In this document: positions 55,399-64,000 of the stretch, piece after piece
Position numbering within the stretch: the stretch's first letter is position 1
Layout: each line of letters begins with the position of its first letter
NCBI GenBank assembly: GCA_001244265.2
Contig: CDLV01000014.1
Coordinates: forward strand, 1 to 64,000
Source of the DNA: Microbotryum violaceum
Lineage: Eukaryota
Direction: 5' to 3'
Length of the DNA: 64,000 nt
The notes under the pieces: model-generated
Databases searched by the model: none
What the model saw: only the letters and a program-made list of their open reading frames with translations
Told to the model about the DNA's origin: nothing
Position numbers and translations under genes: made by a program

Positions 55399-58300
55399 CT
55401 ACGACCTTTTCCCACCTCCGGCCCGCTTCAACCCCGTCAACCCAATCTTGGGCCCTCCCTTGGCCTTCTTGCCCGCCACCGCCTGCAGCGGCACAAAAGC
55501 ATACGGCTCCATCCCATTCTTCTTCACATCCCCACCCGCCCTCTTGGCTTTGAACTCCTGCCCAACCCTGACTGTCTCCCTCGACGAAGGCCCACCCTTC
55601 TTCTTCCTCTTGGCGCCGGCATTTGTCCCATCGTCCATCTGGACATCGTCATCGTCGAACTCGCCCGATCGGGCGCGTTTGCCTTGCGTTTTGTTGAACT
55701 TGGCTTTCCCCTTCGCATCAAGGGTATGTCCATCCTCACCCCTCATCGCCTCGAGATACGCCCCCATCGAAGAAGAAGCCTCTACTCCCCCCGCCGCCTC
55801 CTGATCCCTCATCCTAACCTCCCCTCCCTCCTGCCTCTCCCCGTCCTCATCGAACCTCATCCTCCCACTCTTCTCATCCGTCTTGAAATGCCTCTCCAAA
55901 TCCTTCCTCTCCTTCCTCCCCTTGATCCCCTGCCCGGCCGAAATATTCGACATCATTCGATCGTCCAACAAATCAAGCACCTCGTCCGCGTCCTCATGAA
56001 TGAAGGTTCCTTCGTCGCGTTGCTTCTGTTTGCGCATTTGCGATTTTCGGTTCTTGACCCCTGAGGGAGCGGTTTGCGTAGGATCGACGGTGGAGGGGCC
56101 TTGCTCATTGTCCGACGCACCGGAGGAGGCGTCCGAGTCGGAGCCATAAAGGACTTCGTCGTACGCCGAACGAGTATTCGCTCGAGGAGCGGCCTGCGCG
56201 AAAAATCGACCCAAAATCACATCAAAGTCAGTTATCCCAAAGTATACAAAACGTCCCTCCCCTTCTAGGGACCGCCTGATACTCACCTCAACCTCACTCC
56301 CGTCATCGTCCTCGCCTCTCGCCTGCGCCGCCGCAACCTTCTTCTTTTTACTCCTCATCATCTTCTTCCTCAAATTGCCCACCAACTTCCTATCCTCCTC
56401 CGGCGCGTATCTCTCCACCTTCTCGTGCCCAAACTTTCTCATCAACCTTTCCAACAGATGCCTAACTTTGACTTTGAAGTGATTCGAATGCTCGTGCGAC
56501 CAGTTGATCAGATTCGGTACCAATTGAGGCAAACTCGGTTCCAACAACGATCCATCGAGAACGACGAGACAAACTTTGATAAAGCCCAAAGCGCTCCTAA
56601 CGATCTCGCGATTCGGAGACGACAAGAACACGACCAAAGTTTCGACGACTTGCTGTAAGGTCGTATCGGGGATTTGAGCGTGAAATTCAAACATGACCCT
56701 TGAGAGGGAGGTGATGGTAGCTGAAATCATGTGCGGACTGATGCCCGCCAACCCGGCACTCAACATGGTCACAAATTCCTCCACGCTGGCGGGAACGTCA
56801 TCCTCTTCCATACCTTCTGCACCTTCGGCACCTTCGACGTCCTCGTCGCGCATCCCTTTGACCTTGTGTCGAGCCAACGTCCCACCCTGTTGCATCTTGG
56901 TCGCCATGCCGACGACGAGCTCGTAAGCGGCTTCGCGGGTACGTTCGTTCGATTCCTTGGTACCCAAGACGGCTTCGGGGATCAAAGAAGGGATGTGGTG
57001 CAACGAGTCCGACGGAAGAAGTGGCACGAGGGTGGAAAGAAGAAGAACGCGATCCTAATCGCATCACAAAAACCAAGTCATCAAGAGTTAGTGTCAAAAC
57101 CCATCCGAACACCAAAACGCAAGAACTCGTCTCAAACTGACCCTCTTGGCACCCTGCGCGACTCCACTCTTGCCCTCCACCAAACTCTCCAACACCTCCC
57201 CCACCCTGCCCTCGAGTACCTTCCCCCCTCTCTCCTCCGCCAACCTCGCCAAAATCCTATACGCCTTCTTCTGTACCGCTGCGTCCTCAGCCTTCAACAA
57301 CTCGTCCCCCATCGCCAACTCAAAGAAGCTCTTCTCGAAAGGTCCAGCACAAGGGATCATAGTAATGAGGATATCCAACAAGGCATGAAGAGGCGATATC
57401 ACACCCGACTCATCCTTCTGCATCGACGACTTGTTCGTTCCCGTGAACCTAGGTTGCGCTTCCAAAGCCTGTTTCAACAAACCCTTGACGCGCTCAAAGG
57501 TCGCGATCAATTCCCGTTCGGGCAAGATCGCCAACCATTCCCCAACGGTCGAAAGGATGTATCCTCCCTCCCCTCTGGCCATCTTGCCATAAACGTTGAA
57601 AGAAATGCCCAACACCGTTTCCGCCAAAGCTTGTAAATGCCTCAAAGCCTTCTTCCCCTCTTGCGGCGTCAACCCGAATTGAGCGTACAAAAGTTCGCTC
57701 GGCGAAGTCGATTGAGCCAACGTCTTGGTCGTCCCTACGAGCGTTGACAAAGCCTTAAAAACGGCGGGTCTCAACATGGGTTGAGCATAAACGACATTCG
57801 CGATCAAGCCCAAAAATTCAGCATCAACCTGTTCAACCAAATCAACCGGGTACTCGCAATAACCCGGTAACAAAGCCCAAACCTGTCCGACCAAAGTTTC
57901 CCACACTTTGGCTTCCATACCCCTCTGCGCTTCCTTGGCCTTTTCAGTTTTGGCGAACAATTCGGCCGAAAGGGGTACGAACGTCGTTTTAAAATGCGCG
58001 AGACGAGTGTTCGTAATAGCCGGTTTGAGTAAAGGTAACAACCAAGCTTTCGCTTTGGCCGGATTCGCACCTTCTTCCAAACCCAAAGGTAAAACGGCAA
58101 GGACGGATTCGGGCCCGCAGACTTTGATCGCGGCATCCAAAACGTCCTCGAGGGCGCGCTTCCATTCGAAATGCGAGTCCTCGCGTAATTTGGATAGGAG
58201 GAAGAGCGTTTTCCGAAGAAGGATAGAGGCTGCCGGATCGGCTTGGGCGGAGTTGGTAGCCGAAGGGATGCGGACTCGAAGACGAAGGAAGAGAGCTTTC

Positions 58301-59792
58301 GCAAGGGCCAATACATGAGGTTGAGCCGCAGCCGCGAAGCGAGGGGACGTAATTGCCTTTTCGAGCACTTGGACGACGGTCAACGTTGCTTGCCCTTCCT
58401 TCGTTCCCTGCAGCTCGACGTCCCCATTCGTTCCCTTTTTCCTCACCACTTCCACCGCAGCGAGCACATCGCGATCCAACAAACAATGCCTGATGACCAT
58501 CTCGCATGCCGCCTCCGTCGCGGTCCTCAAAGCCGGTGATTGAGCAGTCGATAAAATCGGCAAAACCTCTTTGAACGTCTCGACGGCTTGTTTCTGTGCT
58601 GATTCGGGGTTCGTGCGCGCAAAAGCTACGAGCCCTTCGCCTACGCCTTCGACCCATCCCGCGAGGAGTTTCTCATTCGTCTCTCCCGATCCTCCACGCG
58701 GCTTGGCGTCGAGTAAAGCGAGGAGGGTTTCTTGGACCGAGTTGGACGAGAGCGAGTCGGCGGAACGAGATGCCGAGAAGAGGTGAGAGAGAAGGGTCAG
58801 GGCGGCGAGGGTGAGGTGCTGCGACGAGAGGGTCAAGGTCGAGAGTAGGATGGGTAGGAGCGAAGGGGTGGCCTATGGACAAATAGTAGTATTAGGAAAG
58901 TGGGTACCAGTCTCGGGGCCAGTGATTCCGCGCCAGACTGTGCACCACTCACCTCATCGCTCCAAGCCTTCCCCAAATTACGCACAAACGTCAACAGAGC
59001 AATCGCCCTACTTTCATCGCCCGCGCCCCCACTCGCCTCGTACTCGATCCCTCCCACCTCCTTGGCAATCATCTGCGCCTTCTTCTGACCCTGTCCGACC
59101 TGAACGGCGGGAGCATTCGCCTCCTTCTTTCCGCCTCTCTTGGCGCCCTTGACGGCGTCTTGCAACTTGTTCAAGATCCAATTCGCCGATTCGGTCATGT
59201 ACGGATGTACGATTGAAGGAGGGGGTGGTTTCTTCAACAAGTCTTGTACTGCCTCTTGTGCTCTTCGGCGTACTTTGGGTCTTGCGTCCTCGCATAGACT
59301 CAAAATCGCCGCATAGGTCGTTCTAACGTGCAAATCCTTCTCCAAGACGGAGGTGGAGAGGATCGATAATCCCGCTTGACCGATCGCCAACAATGACTTG
59401 ACCGCCGGTGCATGGCCCATAAAAGATGTAAAGAGTGGAGGAAGCGTAGGAATGATGGTCATCACCTGAGGTCGGAGGATGGAAGCTTCGAGGTGGGGTG
59501 AAAGGATTGATAGGAGGTACAGCGTAGCTTCGAGCAATTGACGCTTCTCGCCCGTCTCTTTGGCCGCTTCTGAATCGCCCGCGAGTTGGTTCAAAGTCGA
59601 TACGAGAGCGGCTAGATAAGCCGCAGGTGGAACGGACCCCGTCGCAGCTGAATCTTGCGAGGAAGGTGCCAAAGTGGCTTCGATCGCGACGAGTAAAGTG
59701 GCCGGTCTACGAACGGCAGCTACCCCGGCCGTCGTTTGCGTTCGCACCTTGTTGAAGGCGACTTGCCATGGTTGGGGATCCGATTCGCTCAT
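55399..59792 (-). CDS. RRP12: Ribosome biogenesis protein Rrp12 (NUC173/HEAT-repeat)
   Basis: DARPKVRRRAQE, GPESVLAVLPL, AWLLPLL, QVWALLPGYC, VQKKAYRIL, NREIVRSALGFIKV, FKAKRAGGDVKK..EPYAFVPL; three introns. Confidence 0.93.
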
Positions 59793-60342
59793 CTTTGTGT
59801 GTAAGGAAGCTCTTATCCGTCGCGGAAGAGCGTAGGTGTGTGTAGAAAGAAAGAGGAGCGGAGTCGCGCCCGTGATCGAAGTCGTCCGCTGCCACTTTCG
59901 CTGCCACTTCGCTGCCTGTCGTTGCGGAGGCAGGCGGAGGCTGCGAAGCTCGAGCTGGCCGAGGCTGGCCGCTGTCGCGCTGTCTCTGCCGGCGCTTGGG
60001 GCAGGCTGGGACGGGCACGCTGAGCCCGATGCCCAACAATCGGCCCAGTGCCCACTGTGCACTGGTGCCGCCCTTGTGGCACATCACAAACAATCAACCT
60101 CGTCAGCAAAGCCCAGTCCTTGTAAAATTCGAAACTGAACCCAATCAAGGCGATTTGAATCCAACACGGTAGAGTCAAGTGATTATTAAATCGTCCCGGA
60201 TTAGTAATCGGTCAACTGGCGCGTGATTAGGTTCCCCTTCCGAACCTCTCCACTCGGCCGAACGACTGCACTTGCACCACGCTCTGCCCGCCCTCCACGC
60301 CCTTACCTCCTTCCCACCCTCCTCCCCTACTCGATCAAAGCG

Positions 60343-61405
60343 ATGTCCTCCCAACCGCGCACGCTCCACACCCGTCCCACCACACCCCTGCAACACGACC
60401 CTTCTCTGGATCGACCAGAGGTAACCGGCCCGGAGAGTGGACCCGAATCGCCGTTCCCGGTCTATCTCGAAGGATGGGTGACGAGGGGTTTCGGGAGGGG
60501 GAGTAAGGACTTGGGTTGTCCGACGGGTGAGTAGTCAGATTTATAGTGAGCGGTTTGCCGATATTGGATCTAGCCCGTAAAGACCGAGGACGCCGAAGAG
60601 GTCTTTGATCGAACCTCTCCTTCCTTTCGCCCGCATTTTTCACCCACCCAATCCACTAAAACCCCCCTCCCCACTTGACCCCTTCAGCGAACCTTCCCGA
60701 CTCGTCGATCGATCCCTACGCCACAACGCTCCAAACAGGTGTCTACTACGGTTACGCGCGCGTACTTGACCCCCACCATCCTCAAAATTCTCTCGGATTC
60801 TCCACCTCCACCTCTACCTCCTCCTCGAGTAAACCTTGTCCTCACGATCAAGTATGGCCAATGGTCATGTCGATCGGGTGGAACCCATTCTACAAGAATC
60901 AATCCCGAACGGCCGTAAGTCCCCTTGAACCACCACCTAACCGATCTAACCATCCGACACCAATCTCTAATTCCATGTGGTGGGGGGGACTTCACTCATC
61001 TCGATCTCGATCGTTCAGGAGGTACACATCCTACATGAATACCCCCATGATTTCTACGGCAAGGAATTGCGCGTCGTGATGCTCGGTTTCATCAGACCGG
61101 AATACAACTATTCTTCCATGGGTACGTTCTCGAACCCCTCACCCCCCCCCCACCCTTCTCCGCCGAAACCGAAAACCCTTTTCCCCGAAAGTGACCCACC
61201 ACCCATGCTCGATCCCTCAGACGCCCTAATCAAAGACATCAACACCGACAAAGACGTCTCTCTACGCTCCGTCTCCCGGCCTACCTACTCCTCCTTCGCT
61301 CAAGATCCTTTTTTCACTCGCGAGAGTCGACTTGAAGAACCGAAAGAGGATCCGAATAAGGTGAGGGAGAAACCAACGCCCAATGAGGAGCGTACAAAAC
61401 TTTAA
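60343..61405 (+). CDS. FMN1: Riboflavin kinase (spliced)
   Basis: [72 protein letters not shown]. Confidence 0.95.
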
Positions 61406-61562
61406 ACCGCGGGTGTGTGTAGAAGAAAGGGGCGTCAAAAGCAAAGTAGATTGCACTAAAGATCTTGATAGTATTTATAGAGAACGAGATGAACCGGATT
61501 GAAGGAAGAAGAGAAACGAAAGCAATCGAGCAGATTGGAACCTATTCTACCTGGACCCCCGA

Positions 61563-64000
61563 CTACGCCTTGGCGTCCGCGGCACTAGCTTCCATCATAT
61601 CCATGATCATATCCGCCGCCTTGCCCAAATTGGCTGTTCTCAGACCCAACGTAAGAATCAGCAAGTAGAAGAATCAGCAACGCTTCACCACCCGCCCTCT
61701 CGCATGACCCAATGAAAAAGAACGTACCAATGAATTCCCTCCCCTTCATATGCCTCTCACAAGTGACCGAGAACTGCAAATGCTCCTTATGCACCATATA
61801 AGGAATCCCATACCCATCGGGGTCGACCCTCCCCCACCCATAAGCCGGACTATGTTCGATAAAGATTTGACTCGTTGACATCGTCCAGGTCGAAGAACGT
61901 TTCAAGAGCGGATCTTGGAATAATTCCGCAGAAGGGGAAGAAGCTTCTTCGGCGTTGAGAAAGAGGTGTTTGAGGCCAAAGAGATGACGATCGATACCTA
62001 GTCCGGAAGAAGCGGCTTTCATATCCTTTCCATGTTGCGCGACAGCTTGCGTGAAGAGGGAACGTTTTTCGGATAGGGTCGTGGAGGGTGTGGTCATGGC
62101 TTGGGCAAAAGCAAGAGCCGCGGAGGTGCAGATGCGCACGGTTTCTATGTGGGGGAAGGGTCAGTGAGGGATGCTCGTAGAACACGACGTGGAGGTTGGA
62201 CTGACCCGTTCGACCCAATTGGAATCGACGGACTTGGGCCGCTTCGTACGTCCCACAAGGTTTGCCGTGCTGCGGATCGTCCAATGCGATTCGTCATGTG
62301 ATCAGCTCCCCTCCCCTCTCATCAACCTTGAACCCGAACTGACCGTCATATAATACGCCAACTGGAACGCCATCTGCACCCACCCATCCGGTGAGGTCTT
62401 GTTCCTCTTAATCCCTTCCTTCCCGTACCTTCCATAATGCAAATAAAACACCTCATGACCTCCAACATGTTTCTCAAACTCCTTCTTTCCCTCTTCGATG
62501 GCATGCTTCGTTTGGGCATCTACGTGGAAGTCTAGAGCTTCAATAGTAGGTGAGGATTTCGGAGCGGGGTCGGAAGAGCCGACTTCCACGGGTTGGCGTG
62601 TGAGAAGTCGCTTGGAAACAAAGTCGGACAGACGGGCGGTGGGCGTACCGTCCATGCATGAATGTTCGCCGATGAAGCCCGATTCGCCGTTCACAAAGAC
62701 GACCCATTGTTGGGGTTTGTCCCTATCGCGTACAGAGAGAGAGAGAGCGTGTCAGCTCCACACCTCAGTTACGAGAACGAATATCCAATCCCGGCCCGGA
62801 CTCACCACCACCGATTTGCGCCTTCGCCAATTCCCTTGCCCTGTCCCCCCGCCTTCCACAACCTCTCCGAGAAATCCCTGATTCCCTCCCCCGACATGTT
62901 CTTCCCCCCCTTCCCTTCAACCTTCTCCATCGCCGGCTCAGGACGATGCTGATCAAAGGCAACGACGAAAGCCGATTTAGAAATTTCGTCGATGACTTGC
63001 TTGTTGCCTGCGTCCTGAATGAGATGTTCGTACGCGTCCGTCCAAGTATCCCTGTTCAAACCAGTGAGGATCCCAACTCCTTCGCCCTCCCCTTTCCCCT
63101 CCTTCTCCACCTTATCCAAAAGACCCTGCAAACCCCTCCTCATTTCCTCGACCGTAAATTCCCTCCCCTCTTGATCGACGATAGGCACTTTATAAAACCT
63201 TTCCTTCAACACGACGACGACATGTTGTCCCTCTTTCGAGTCCTCCCTAACCTTGACCGCATAATCCGCCGGTTTGGCCGGGATTCGATTCGCGTTAAAG
63301 GCCCATTTGAAACTCTCCATGCACAACTCGCCTTCCTTTCCCGCCGGTTCGGGTTCCAAGAGCCCTTTGATGAGCAGACGACGAAATTCGAGCGCGGTGA
63401 TGATGATCGACGCCGCGACGTAGGCTGGGTCCGAAGTAGGCGGGTTCGAGACGGAGGAAGGGGCTTGGGGAACTTTCTTGAAACCATAGTAGTATGAGAC
63501 CTGGGAGATCGTTCAAAGAATGACCGTAAGTCACGGATTGAACCCCCCGAGCAGAATCTACCGAGCTCAGCCGATGAAAAGGTGGGGCTCGGATTTCCCC
63601 GCGGGAGAAAATCTCTTTCCTCTGCTGCCCGAGCCGCTTCCCCGCCCACTCACATTGACGACGACCGAATCGCGATAAGCCATGTAAGCATCATTATCCC
63701 ACCATTCGGCTATCCAGTTCCTCATACCCTCGGACCTTCGGTACCAAACACAAATGCATCGCATCAGCTTCTTACGTTCCCCTTCCGTCTCCCCCCACAT
63801 CCGCCTCCCTCTCCACCGCATAACTCACTCTCGTCTCTTCACCAACCTCTCCTGCAACTTTCCCCCCAAACCCTGCCTAAAAACGCTCACTTTCCTTTTG
63901 AATTCTTCCAACTCGTTCTCATCCTTCGCCAAAGGTCGACAACTCTCGATCAATTTTTCCAACGTCACGTCCAACTCGGGGACGGGTAATCGGGGAAGTT
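61563..64000 (-). CDS. CAT2: Carnitine O-acetyltransferase (5' end outside window)
   Basis: LPRLPVPEL, NWIAEWW...AYMAYRDSVVVNV, LCMESFKWAFNANRIP, NRWW|DK, GEHSCMDGTPT (catalytic His), SPDGWVQMAFQLAYY, TYEAAQVRRFQLGRT, GIDRHLFGLK, MSTSQ. Confidence 0.93.

Noticed and set aside
59888-59917. cgctgccactt(t) tandem repeat in the RRP12/FMN1 divergent promoter
   Set aside because: Only about 2.5 short units; no function can be supported.

Overview
Intron-rich eukaryotic DNA, most likely a basidiomycete fungus (inferred from short GT-AG introns with CTRAC branch points and from the gene set). It falls into three zones. (1) 1-14.7 kb is an accessory region: a predicted PD-(D/E)xK nuclease + protein-kinase-like gene, a scrambled FunK1-type kinase relic, two decayed F-box-like paralogues, and four separate fold-back (inverted) duplications. 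Three of the four duplications copy coding sequence of the nuclease/kinase genes. (2) 14.7-29 kb holds an IRC3-like DEAH helicase followed by an 11-kb head-to-tail stack of L1-like non-LTR retrotransposons from two families. One element carries a solo LTR with a clear 5-bp target-site duplication. (3) 29.5-64 kb is a housekeeping block: profilin, TPI, a large low-complexity protein, a PASK/PIM-like kinase, a RING-like+RRM protein, ELP3, TRS23, RRP12, riboflavin kinase and carnitine acetyltransferase (cut by the window end). Notable details are a 3-nt micro-exon in profilin, a TPI start codon split by an intron, and single-base homopolymer frameshifts (one in ELP3) that may be assembly errors. 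All gene models were spliced by eye and no database search was run.
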